A stretch of 64,000 bases of DNA, taken from the NCBI GenBank assembly GCA_963514005.1, contig OY740796.1:30752001-30816000 (forward strand), given 5' to 3'. The notes under the pieces were generated by a model. The model worked only from the letters and a program-made list of their open reading frames with translations, searched no databases and had not been told where the DNA came from. Source of the stretch: Raja brachyura. Taxonomy: Eukaryota. Below are positions 1 to 10,964 of this stretch, piece by piece (the first letter of the stretch is position 1; the number at the start of each line of letters is the position of its first letter). The translations under genes were made by a program, and so were the position numbers.

Positions 1-1091
1 CCCAAATAGGGTATTTACCGCGGAAACAATAGCGAGTACAATTATCAGGAGCAAAGTACTTATCAGCTATAGCATAGATGGCTGCTCCTGAAGCTGGTTT
101 GTAGTCATATAATTAAACTAGCTGCCAGCTTAGGGTGGATAGGTAACCTTTTTAGAAGGAACTGCATGTTACTTACCATATCCAGAACTCTTCACTGCAC
201 CCCTGACACTGTTGGTTTGTTCAGCCAACTCCCCCTCTTCGGGTCAGCCCAGTTCTGACCCCCAATGCTCCCCTCCGAAGAGGGTGAGACATTTAGGCAG
301 TCCATAATAGGATCCTGCCGTGGGCCTGCGAAGAGGCCCACTGTGACCCTGCCCCTGCTAAAGCAGGTCACGCTGGAGCAATTGCTCCACCATCCGCTCC
401 ATGCGGGTAAGACGACCTCCGTTGCTGCAGCGAACGGGGTGTCCTCGGGACTGGACCCGCTGAGTCGACAGTCCCGATCGGCTTCCGGGTGGATTTACCG
501 CCTGTCCGTGGCGAACCAGTCCCGGTGGATTTACCGCCTGTCCGTGGCGAACCAACCGCCCTCCCGGGCGGAAGTCGGGAGCTGCAGGTAGCACCTGCAG
601 CTCGGGGAAAAAATCGGGTGGATTTATCGCCTGTCCATGGCGAACCAGCAGCCCTCCCGGGCGGAATTCGGGAGCTGCAGGTAGCACCTGCAGCTCGCGA
701 AACGAACGGGTGGTTTTACCGCCTGTCCGTGGCGAACCAGCAGTCCTCCCGGGCTGAATTCGGGAGCTGCAGGTAGCACCTGCAGCTCGAGAAACGAACG
801 GGTGGTTTTACCGCCTGTCCGTGGCGAACCAGCAGTCCTCCCGGGCTGAATTCGGGAGCTGCAGGTAGCACCTGCAGCTCGGAGAAAAAACGGCACGCTG
901 CTGGCTGCGCTCTATAGCAGCAGCTCTTGCCGTTACTCTCGCCGCGCTCACCACTCTGGTGAGTCTTACCGTTCCATCGCTGGAGGAGCCCCGCTCCTCC
1001 CGACTGTCGCTTCCGCATGCGAACGACGATATGTCGCGCATGCGTGCTGGCGGGGTCTTCACGTAGTCACTCACGTGACTCCGAAGTAAAA
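1..1091 (-). mobile_element. DIRS-type retrotransposon, copy 1: 5' terminus and ORF1 (gag-like) remnant; continues off the left edge
   Basis: The reverse complement of 1027-1091 is TTTTACTTCGGAGTCACGTGAGTGACTACGTGAAGACCCCGCCAGCACGCATGCGCGACATATCGTC, nearly identical to the left ends at 61192 and (first 36 nt) 53358. The minus-strand peptide GRLTRMERMVEQLLQRDLL matches RLSRMERLMEQLLPRDLL of copy 4, and NYMTTNQLQEQ near 85-117 matches NYLTTNQLQEQ. Confidence 0.9.
487..890. repeat. Tandem array of 92-93 bp units (4 units plus one 36-bp partial) inside DIRS copy 1
   Basis: TTA(C/T)CGCCTGTCC recurs at 495, 531, 624, 716 and 808. Each full unit contains GAGCTGCAGGT-AGC-ACCTGCAGCTC. Confidence 0.95.
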
Positions 1092-1267
1092 TATCCCTCC
1101 ATCTGTTATTTGCACTTTATTAATTTATTAAGTCATGGGTGTATTTATGTATAGAATTGTAGTCAACGCCTTCTATGTTCTGTTGTGCTATGCAAAGAAA
1201 GATTTTTATTGTCCTGTCAGGGACATATGACAATAAACTCTTTTGACTTTGACTTGACTTGACTTTG
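1092..1267 (+). mobile_element. Rex/Babar-like LINE 3' UTR with (TTGAC)n tail, interrupted by DIRS copy 1
   Basis: Matches 34950-35153 and 53221-53357/57324-57370 (ATCTGTTATTTGCACTTT...ATTGTCCTGTCAGGGACATATGACAATAAACTC). Confidence 0.8.
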
Positions 1268-1831
1268 AATGGAGGGTGCTGCGAAACTGGTACATTAGAG
1301 TATTAGAATAAATGCCTGTGGAAGGTCAGCCGATCCATGATCCTAGCAGGGTAGCTTGAGGGGCCTGGTGGCCTACTCCTGATCCTATTTTCTTAAGTCA
1401 GTCCAAACTTACATTTACTCCTTCAACATCTAGTCTCAGAGGACACTACTATCCCGTTATTCACCCATATGCCACCCACTTTCCTATTTTTACCCGTGAC
1501 TCGTGCTGCCACTGTTTGCTTTCTTTATTCAATAATGACGAGTTTGGAGGACCCTAGTGTCATTGGAAATGGCAGCATTTAGTAACACATGTTGGCTTTA
1601 TGAGCAAGTAGGTGGAGCAAAAGCCAGAGAGGGTGCAATAAAACACAGAAACAGGAGGCAACTACTCTGGTCTGGGGCAGACATTTACAGGATAACCATT
1701 GTCTGCAGGAGCGACTCCCAATTTCATTTTTTAAACAGTTCATTTCTAACCTTTGCGACTTAAATCTGGATGATCCACAAGTAGATTGCTGCATCTGCAC
1801 GTCAAAGTGCTTCATCATGTAACACTCCCTC

Positions 1832-2220
1832 AGGCATGGCACAGTGGGGTAAATAGTAGAGCAGCTGTCTCATAGCTACAACGACCCAAATTCAATCCTG
1901 GCTTCCAGTTCTGCCTGTGTAGACATTGCACTGTCTTCCTGTAGCTGTGTGTGTTTCCTCCATGTGTTCTGGTTTCTTCACACATCCCAAGGACTGTTGG
2001 TTGGTAGGTTAACCAGCTGTATGTTTTGATTGATAAGTTTAGGTTTATTATTGTCATGTGTACCGAGGTACAAAAGCTTTTGAATGAATCTGGGTGCCGG
2101 ACTCTATGTTATCCCTTCTCTAAGTCGGGAGAATAAAATGGGATGAGTGTAAAATCAGTGCTTGGTGGTTGGCATTGACCCAGTGGGCCGAAGGGCCTGT
2201 TTCTCTTCTGTATTTCTATT
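1832..2220 (+). mobile_element. HE1/V-SINE-like tRNA-derived SINE, diverged, with a small internal insertion
   Basis: tRNA-like head (GGCACAGTGG...TTCAATCC), V-SINE-like core, and CR1-type tail GGGCCGAAGGGCCTGTTTC. Confidence 0.7.
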
Positions 2221-3139
2221 TCCTCAATCAGAACAGATATCAAACCCCCATAGTCATGTGAATATGGGGTGCGTTAAGATAACCTGCCCTACATGTTGAA
2301 CAGTCCAAACACCCTGCCTATTCAATGAGTTTACATTGCCCACATCTGACAATAATCAGTTCCTTCTTTGAGCCACATCAATCCAGAGACAACACAAGTT
2401 TACAAAGTAAACAAGTTGCAAACTCTGCAAAGTTAAATTATTAATCACCGAGCGAGCATTGGGAAGGTATTGATAAGCAAAATGTTGCAAAGTTTGCCAA
2501 ATTCCAATCCTCCAGACATTTTTGCTGAACGATATTAATTGTAGCAACATTGCGGCAAACACAATTCACAGCACCAGTCTCCATGGTTACAAATTGAAGA
2601 AGAACAAGGATTTCAGAATTATTTCTTTCCATTATTCTTGTTATCTTTTATTATATTCCCACATATCAGCTTGGGAAATTCACAAAAACTGACCTGCATC
2701 TTCAGAAAAACGAATTCAACCCCAAAATGAGTGTGGATGAAAGCCTCTAATAGCTGCAACAAGCACATAGCAGATCACGAACTTGTGGCTTAGACCTGGC
2801 ACTGGGAGACAAACCACAACACCAGACACAACATTGCAAGCATTTAGCCAGATTAGTTACTTACTGGGGCAAGGATGGGATAGCCTGTGGGAATGTCCAT
2901 CACCTGCAATATATCTTCCTGATTTCTAATGCTTGGTTATGGATCGAATTCCATTGGGTAGTAATGGGCAGAATCTGCAGCCCCAATCAGGATTTGGCAG
3001 TGTTCATTCATTTGGTACAGAGATCAGTGCAGTTCCACGGAACTTGATCAGGTTAAAGACCATGCAAAGCGGGAACTAAGGAATGCTCTGGGGCAGCTGC
3101 ACATTGGGAGGGGTACTTTAATATTCCTTTTTGATCTCT

Positions 3140-3640
3140 TGATCACAGAGAGTTGTGGATGTAGCCCAGTCAATCACATAAACCAGCCTCCCCACCTTCA
3201 ACTCCATCTACATCTCATGTTGGCTCAAGCAAGCAGCCAAGAAACATAATCATAGACCATTTACACAACAGTCATTCCCTATTCTCCCCTCTCCCATTGA
3301 GCCGAAGATGCAAAAGCTTGAATGTAAATTTCATCAGATTCAGGGATAGCTTCTTCCCCATTGTTATCAAACTACTAAATAGTTCTCTCACAAACTAGCA
3401 TGTAGTCCCCGATCTCCCAACCTGCCTCACTGTGGCCCTTGCACTTTTTCCCCTGCACTTTCTCTGTAACTGCAATGCTATAAAACTGTACTCTGTATTT
3501 TTCTCTTTGCATTACTGTTGTACGTGTTTGGCTTGATTGTATTCATGTATAGTATGATTTGACTGGATAGTTCACACAAACTATTTTGTACTGAAGAGCA
3601 TAAACATTTGTCTCCGTAAACGTGACAATAATAAAGCAAT
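3140..3640 (+). mobile_element. Rex/Babar-like LINE 3' fragment
   Basis: Resembles the end of the RT at 52970-53200 (GCCCAGTC.ATCA..., AGCTTCTTCCCCA..GTTATCA) and ends GTGACAATAATAAA. Confidence 0.65.
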
Positions 3641-4296
3641 ATCGCTTGGAAATGGTTTCTTAATGGTTTCCCAACATGTTTTAGGAGCCTTCAGCACCTC
3701 TTTAGGGATCAGTAGTAAAGCTGGGTTGAGACCAATGCCATGGTCATTAATTTTAAAGTTACCCACTTCCGTATAAGCAGGGGCTTGGGCATTAGTGAAA
3801 CAGGCGATGCAAACCTAAAATGCCATAATTTATTGTATATTCCGAACTGCCCCTCATTCACATTAGTGGGTTTGGAGTAACACATAGCCCAGCCTGGTAA
3901 GGAAGGGCAGCACACTGGTGCAGCTTGTGGAGTTGTTGCCTCATAACACTAGTAGCCCAGGTTCAGGTTATCTCGGGTGCTGTCTGTTTGGAATTTGCAC
4001 ATTCTCCCTGTGACCATGTGTGTTCCTTTGGTTGCCATACACATCCTAAAGACGTACAGGCTCGTAGGTTAATTAGCCACTCTAAAGTACCTCTAATGTG
4101 TAGGCGACTAGACTCTGGGGGGATAGTCACAAAATGCTGGAGTAACTCAGCGGGTCAGGCAGCATCTCTGTAGAAAAGGAATGGGTGACATTTCAGGTCG
4201 AGACTCTTCTTCAGACTGAGAGACAGAGGAGAGGGAAACTAGAGGTATGAAAAGATAAGCACAAAGTCAGAGCCGACATCTATGACCAAGGAAAGG

Positions 4297-4614
4297 CGCT
4301 TCACTTGCACCTCCTCCAACCTCATCTACTGTATCCGTTGATCTTGGTGCGGACTCCTATATATTGGCAAGACCAAGCGTAGACTGGGCGATCGTGTCGC
4401 TGAACACCTATGCTCAGTTTGCCTAGGCCTACGCGATCTCCCGGTTGTCAAACTTTTCAACTCCCCTTCCCAATCCCACACTGACCTCTCTGTCCTGGGT
4501 CTCCTCCACTGTCAGAATGAGGCCACAGGCCAATTGGAGGAACAGCACCCTATATTTAGCTTGCGCAGCTTACTGCCCAGTGGTATGAATATTGATATCT
4601 CTAATATCAAGTAA
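4297..4614 (+). pseudogene. GIY-YIG endonuclease domain of the Penelope-like element (one in-frame stop)
   Basis: Hand translation: RFTCTSSNLIYCIR*SWCGLLYIGKTKRRLGDRVAEH...LEEQHPIFSLRSLLPSGMNID. The (G/L)IY...YIG.T.R....R..EH and G.N motifs are those of Penelope GIY-YIG domains. Confidence 0.88.
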
Positions 4615-4815
4615 CCCTTGCATTCCCTCTCTCTCCATCCCTCCCCCACCCTAGTTGGCCTGCTAGTTTCATCGTTTGTATCCATATATCGCTTCGCTAT
4701 CACCTCTTCCACAGCCAACAATAGACCTTTGTGCCCACCTTTCCTTGGTCATCGGTGCTGGGTCTGATTTGCTCTGACCCTTTTCATACCTCCAGTTTCC
4801 CTCTCCCCTGACTCT

Positions 4816-4850
4816 CAGTCTGAAGAAGAGTCTCGACCCGAAACATCACC
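4816..4850 (+). ncRNA. Minimal hammerhead ribozyme-like core (Penelope type), diverged
   Basis: CTGAAGA-AGAGTCTCGACCC-GAAA-CATC; a mirror copy lies on the minus strand at 4184-4217. Confidence 0.6.
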
Positions 4851-5408
4851 AATTTTGTTTCTCCAGAGATGCTGCCTGACTGGCTGAGTTACTCTGGCAT
4901 TTTTGTCTATCTTCGGTGTAAACCAGCATCTGCAGTTCCCTCCTCCATGTAGAATCTGGGGTGGGGTTGATGGGAACGTGGAGAGTAAAATAGGATTAGT
5001 ATAAATGGGTGCTTGATGGTCAGCAAGGACTTAGTGGGCAAAGGATCTGTTTTGGAGCTCAACAGCAGGTTTGCTTTCCTGCAGCTCATTAGTGAAACAG
5101 TTGGAATTTAGTCGATAATCCGATGGATTCAAAGGCAGGCTTTTCATTAATTTACATATTTATTTAATTACTCGAATTTAAATTCCCAGCTGCGGTGTGG
5201 TATTCAAACTCACGACTGGATCGATGGTGCAAGCCTCAGCTGCTGGTCCTGTGACAGTAAATCCACATTTAGTGCAGAAAATTAAAGATTATATTGGGAC
5301 ATTATCAATTCAAGTCCTCCCAAAGATCTCCTGCTAGGCAAATGGTGAAGTAATGTATGTGAAATCTTTACTCCAGCAGTATCCTGTTTTATTACTACAA
5401 TACACAGG

Positions 5409-6906
5409 CCTTCTTCGTGGATTGTCACCTTGTCGTGGTGGAGAAGCTTGTGTGGACCTGAGATCCTAAGAGCTATGCCGTTTGGAGCCAAGCTCCTGGT
5501 AGGGTCACCCATGGTGGTAAGGTCGAGGGGGAGGTCACTGACAAAGAGCAATCCAACCAAGACCTCAACGGTGGAACGGGCGGAGGACGATGGCTGACTT
5601 TAGTGGAGTGTCACAACGGCTGGGAAGGCGGATGAAGGCTACAGCAGAAAAGGGTCTCCGGTTGTCTTGGACTCCATGCCACTGGATCCTGACCCAGATC
5701 TGTCAAGGACTGTGGGGTGGCTGCCTGTGCACCAGTCTCCCCACGTTAAACAAAGTCACGCACAGGCGTTCTCCATATAGCACCCTGGAGGGGTGAAGGA
5801 AAACACCAAATGCAAACCTCCACTGCCTTGTGGCTATTACCTTATTCAGGAAAGGTGAACATAGAAACATAGAAACATAGAAATTAGGTGCAGGAATAGG
5901 CCATTCGGCCCTTCGAGCCTGCACCGCCATTCAATATGATCATGGCTGATCATCCAACTCAGTATCGCGTACCTGCCTTCTCTCCATACCCTCTGATCCC
6001 CTTAGCCACAAGGGCCACATCTAACTCCCTCTTAAATATATCCAATGAACTGGCCTCAACTACCCTCTGTGGCAGAGAATTCCAGAGACCCACCACTCTC
6101 TGTGTGAAAAAATTCCTTCTCATCTCGGTCCTAAAGGATTTCCCCCTTATCCTTAAGCTGTGACCCCTTGTCCTGGACGGCCCCAACATCGGGAACAATC
6201 TTCCTGCATCTAGCCTGTCCAACCCCTTAAGAATCTTGTAAGTTTCTATAAGATCCCCTCTCAATCTCCTAAATTCTAGAGAGTATAAACCGAGTCTATG
6301 CAGTCTTTGTTCATAAGACAGTCCTGACATCCCAGGAATCAGTCTGGTGAACCTTCGCTGCACTCCCTCTATGGTGAAGACTGGATCCGGCAGAATAGGC
6401 GGTGGAGACCACCACTTGGCGGTCCAACGTGTAGGAAGGTGGACTCAGCAAAGCGTCGTGGAGCGCAATTAGGGCACAATGTTCATGCAGAACACTGGTG
6501 GCCATCCACTGCATCCTGACCTATCAGCAGCCGTCTTGACTATGTCTTGCCACTGAATCCAGATAGGCCGGGACGAGAGAGCGAGGCTGACGATTTGCGC
6601 AACTTTCCCTCACTAATCCAAGTCAAGTGCAGTCATGACTTCAGGACCCGTAACGCCCAACAGGGCGAAGCAAGATCACCACAGGAGCGCGTGCAGCTGA
6701 GAAGAAGCGCACCCCGAAGCTCAGAGGAAACGCGCCGCGCGCAAGGCTCGAGACTTCAACTTCTACTGCAGCACCCACCCAACTGTGTCCCATATGCGGG
6801 CGAGCTTTCCAGGCCCAGATCGGCCTCACCAGTCACTTCCGGACCCACAAACAAAAACACTGAAGTCGTGGTCTTCTTCGATAACGAAGGACGAACAACA
6901 ATAACA
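5409..6906 (+). mobile_element. Non-autonomous bipartite RTE-clade element (5' UTR plus 3' end, ~1 kb without its nested insertion)
   Basis: 12-bp TSD ACAATACACAGG at 5397-5408 and 6907-6918. BovB/RTE-like 5' motif CCTTGTCGTGG...GAGCTATGCCG...CACCCA. 3' C2H2 remnant CPICGRAFQAQIGLTSHFRTH (~6786-6848) and (ACA)n tail. Confidence 0.85.
5860..6372 (-). mobile_element. CR1-clade (HER1-like) LINE 3' fragment nested in the RTE element
   Basis: ORF 5959-6363 QRRFTRLIPGMSGLSYEQRL...FFTQRVVGLWNSLP is the CR1 ORF2 C-terminus. (TTTCTATG)n tail; GGTGAA duplicated at 5854-5859 and 6373-6378. Confidence 0.92.
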
Positions 6907-7398
6907 ACAATACACAGGAAGGCATTTCACCCCATTGGTCCAGCTGGCTCCTAGCAGAGCAGTCCCTTCTCCTTGCTTCTCCGTAGCCCTGCAACTGACT
7001 CTCTCCTACACATAGCCACCAACTCCCTTTTATTTTTTGTCTTTTTGTTCCTTTTTCCTTGTTCCTTGTTCCTTTTTACTTAAAGTGGCTAGATAATTTA
7101 CCTGCACATCTTCGGGATGTGGGAGGGAACTGGAGCAGCCGGTGGAAACTCAGGATCACAGGGAGAACATGCAAACTCCATGCAGACAGTAATGGAACAA
7201 ATCTAACCTGGGTCACTGTGGGACGACGCCCTTGCCCGCCTACAATAAGGAGTACTGTTCCAGTTTACACTGTGCGACTGCCCTGTTCTTGACTACAAAT
7301 GTTTTATCATTATTTCAAAACTTTTATGTGGAATCAGCTTTCTAATATCTCTAATCTCTTCCAACTCCGCAATCTTACTGGATATCATTGACCTGAAT

Positions 7399-7730
7399 AG
7401 GCGGCACAGTGGTGCAGCTAGTTGAGCTACCACCTCACAGTATCAGAAACATGGGGTTCAATCCCAACCTCAGGCACTGTTTGTGGGGACACTGTTCCCT
7501 GTAGCTGCTCAAGTTTCCTCCCATATCCCAAAGACATGCAGATATTAGGTTGATAGGTAGGTTCATTGTAACTTGCCACCAGTGTGCGGGCGAGTGGTGG
7601 AATCTGGGGGGGGTTGTTGAATGTTGAGATTGTATTGAGGATGAAACATGGGATTAGTGGAGTACTGGTGCAAATGGGTGGTTGATGGCAGTGAGCCAAA
7701 GTGCCTGTTTCCAAGCTGTATTTCTCTATG
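7399..7730 (+). mobile_element. HE1-like SINE
   Basis: GGCGGCACAGTGGTGCAGC head, GGTTCAATCC B-box, tail GCCTGTTTCC..GCTGTATTTCTCTATG. Confidence 0.75.
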
Positions 7731-8564
7731 ACCCCATTACAAGGTCTAGAGTCTTGTGTGTGGTCCATTCCTGTTCCACTGCCATTGTCTGCTGTGCTCT
7801 CGGTGTCAAACTTCAAGCTCTGGAATACAGCACTCTAAACCTTCCTGACAGCGCTCCTCCTTTTAAACACTCTTGACACCTACCTTCTGACCAAACTTCT
7901 GCAATAATATACAGTTTGGTGGCAAATCTTTTTCCAGTAATTTGGTACTTTAGGAACATTGTACAGTTTTTTAATAAGTTGCTATATAAAGACAAATTAC
8001 TGTTGCTATGCTGCTCTCTGAACAACATGGAATGAATTGGGTGGATGTTGACAGTCAGTTGGTCAATATACCTTTGTGGATTTCTTTCCTCAGAAAATGC
8101 AAGACATTTGCTCAAATTCCTTACTACTGCCTTCCAAATCCTTCAGAAATTAAAATTTTTGCTTCAATTTTTACAACTCATTCCCAGCAGCAGATAGTTT
8201 GTTACGCAGTTGGAGAAATTATTTCAATCAATTTTATTTTTAAAAAACCCTAAATGCAGAGCAGATATTGATGATGGCTTTGACTGGAATTTCAAATAGT
8301 TGGGGAAGAGGCAGTAAATGGGTGAATTCACGTTGCATTTGGCTACAGGCAGCGTATTTTAAACCGGGTACAATTTTTCAGAGAAATTTAAACATTTACT
8401 GGGGGGTAAAATCACAACTTGAGTGTGGGACAGGAACTGCTCTCGTGTGCCTTTTTCAATTCATATGCGAAACGTGTTAAAATCAGGAACAAGAAACCGT
8501 TAGGAAAAGTAAGCAACACCTGGAATTTCAAATGAACAATCAGAATTACATCCACACCAGGACT

Positions 8565-8842
8565 GGGTTTAAAGTGAGAGAGGGTGGGAGGGGATTTAAT
8601 AGGAAACTGAGGGGTAATTTTCTCACAAAGATTGGTGGGTGTATGGAATGAGCTGCTGGAGGAGGTACTTGAGGCAGGTACTATCGTGATATTTAAGAAA
8701 CATTTAGACAGGTGTACGGAGGACAGGTTTAGAGGGATATGGGTCAAATGCAAGCAGCAGAACTAGTGTAGATGAGACATGTTGGCCGGTGTGGGCAAGT
8801 TGGGCCGAAGGGCCTGTTTCCATGCTGTATGACTCTATGACT
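8565..8842 (+). mobile_element. CR1-clade LINE 3' end (second subfamily)
   Basis: TTTAAAGTGAGAG...GGTGGGTGTATGGAATGAGCTGC...GGGCCGAAGGGCCTGTTTCC with a (CTATGA) tail. Related copies at ~16330-16650 (-), ~39890-40250 (+) and ~47420-47660 (-). Confidence 0.75.
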
Positions 8843-9529
8843 AGGAACTGGCCTGTAACCTTCCAAAGGACAGTGGTCATAGTTAACAGATAGTTTGTGT
8901 CTTGCAGGTGTTCCACACTGTTAATTGTGTTACTTTCTCAATACATGTTTCTCAGTTCCTGCCAATACCTTGTCATTTAAATGTCACCATCTTTCTCTTG
9001 TCCATACTCAACTTATCCCTTTCCCCCTTATCTCACACCTCCCTATACTACCTGGTCTTGTCTGACACGAACCCCCACACTATCCAACCTTCCTTACAAA
9101 CATCATAATGGGACAGGGGGGGAAATGTTACTTTTCCCACTGTACTCCTAAACCCACCATTATCGGAGCAATTAAAGACTGTATTTTAGCACACAACTTC
9201 AAGCTCAGTCATGTTGAAAGAACTCATGTTAGGCTCTTGGTTAGGCTATTTCTCCAGATGTACCTGTGGGGAGAGCAAATTTAATAAAATCATTCTGCAT
9301 TGCAGAATATAAAACAGTAAGAAATGCTGTATGAAAGGAGAACAAGATAGCAATGGTAGTGTGCAGCCAGAATCCCACAGTACAAAAGCCCCTGCCTTTT
9401 CCAGGATCATATAGACATGTTGCACGGAATGTGATCCTTCAGCCCACCAAGTCTGTGTCAACAATCAAGCTCCTATTTGCATCAATCTGACACTAAACCC
9501 ATTCCATTCTCCCCATATTCTGCAGACTT

Positions 9530-9836
9530 TAGACATGCAGCGCAGAAACAGACCCTTCGGCCCACGCTGAGTCCATGACGACCAGCGATCACCCCTTACA
9601 CACCACCTACTAACTCTATCCTACACACCAGGGACAATTTACAATTTTACCAAAGCCAATTAACGTACACACCTATATGTCTTTGAAGTGTTGGAGGAAA
9701 CGGGAGCACCCGGAGAAAACCCATGCAGTCACAGGGAGAAAGCGCAAACTCCACAAAGATAGCACCGGTAGTCAAGATCAAACCCGGGTCTCTGGTGCTG
9801 TAAGGCAGCAACTCTGTCGCTGCACCACAGTGCCGA
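9530..9836 (-). mobile_element. HE1-like SINE
   Basis: Reverse complement of the SINE seen at 26544-26833 and 57603-57912. Confidence 0.85.
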
Positions 9837-10964
9837 CCAAACTCCAACTCCACCAAGACTCCACCACTCATCTACACACTCGGTGCAATTTACAACAGCC
9901 AATTAACCTACCTAACCCACCCAGCACTTAGAGGAAACAAATTCAGGCAGGCAGCAAATTCCATACAGGAAACACCAGACGTTAGATGTGAACCTGCACT
10001 GTCAGGCCCCCCACACCTATAGTTGGTTAAGGAATTCTGAGTCTTATGTTACCCGTCATACATGGCATGGAAAATCCCGAGAGATCTATCAAAATCAGGA
10101 AATTATTCCTCTCATTATCAGTCAGACAAGAGCTAAAGTAAACCACGGTGGGCTTGCGATGGTCATGGCTATTGGGAGGGTGGACACTTTCCTGCTACAT
10201 TTACTGGGGGGTCTTGGGAGGCTCAGGTCTGGATGTTACGGAGTGAAACTTCTTTAGGGTTGAGAGCTCTGAAAATTGCTCAAACCCGATCAGCAATCCA
10301 CAGACTGTGTACAGCTTGAATGTGCACTCAGCTGGAAGCAGCCTGGACTTTCCTGGTTCCAGTCCCTGTCCATGCACGGATCATGGCCACATTATCCACA
10401 AACTCTTCCTGCCTGGAGAGTTGATTAGGATCTGCGGGGATTTTGCACAACAACCCAAATGCCAATAGTGCTTGGTTAGAAAGCCCAGGTCTGCTGTAAT
10501 TATTTCCTATCCACTCTCACCACAGGGTGTGTAGCATGGGATGGTGGAAAGGGGAGAAGGGCAAGGGCAGATTTTCCAAACATGCTCACCATTCTCAGAG
10601 GGTGCTAGGCCTGGTTGAGTTCCTGAACTACTGTGTGTATTCCATTCATTACACCCTTCCAAGTGAAACATTTTCTTTCTTCTTTCTGTCATTAAAAAAA
10701 TATCATATTTCTTTAATAAAGCCACTTCAATCCTGGAGATTTTTTCCAAAATCCCCCCAAAATCCAAAAGAATTCAATCCAATTCAATGCAATTTAATCC
10801 ACTTCCATATCACTGTCCCCATTGAAATGGTGACGTTTCTTCTTCACCACCACCATTCCTCCTCTATTCTCCATCGCTGACTAGCATCACTAGAATACAG
10901 TCATTGTATTCAGTGTTTGGGTAAAGTAGCTTCTGGATTTATTTCCAGAAAAGCATCTGAACAT

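Larger units (their letters stand above)
4126..4948 (+). mobile_element. 5'-truncated Penelope-like element with an inverted 5' copy of its 3' end
   Basis: 4127-4296 is the reverse complement of ~4738-4908 and encloses a GIY-YIG coding segment. Hammerhead-like cores lie in both arms. Confidence 0.88.
3905..5060 (+). mobile_element. HE1-like SINE split by a Penelope insertion (parts ~3905-4125 and ~4950-5060)
   Basis: The SINE core resumes after the insertion; TAGA(C/A)TCTGGGG appears at both junctions. Confidence 0.65.

Noticed and set aside
487-890. CRISPR array (regular palindromic repeats)
   Set aside because: The sequences between the palindromes are near-identical rather than unique spacers, there are no cas genes, and the context is a eukaryotic retrotransposon.
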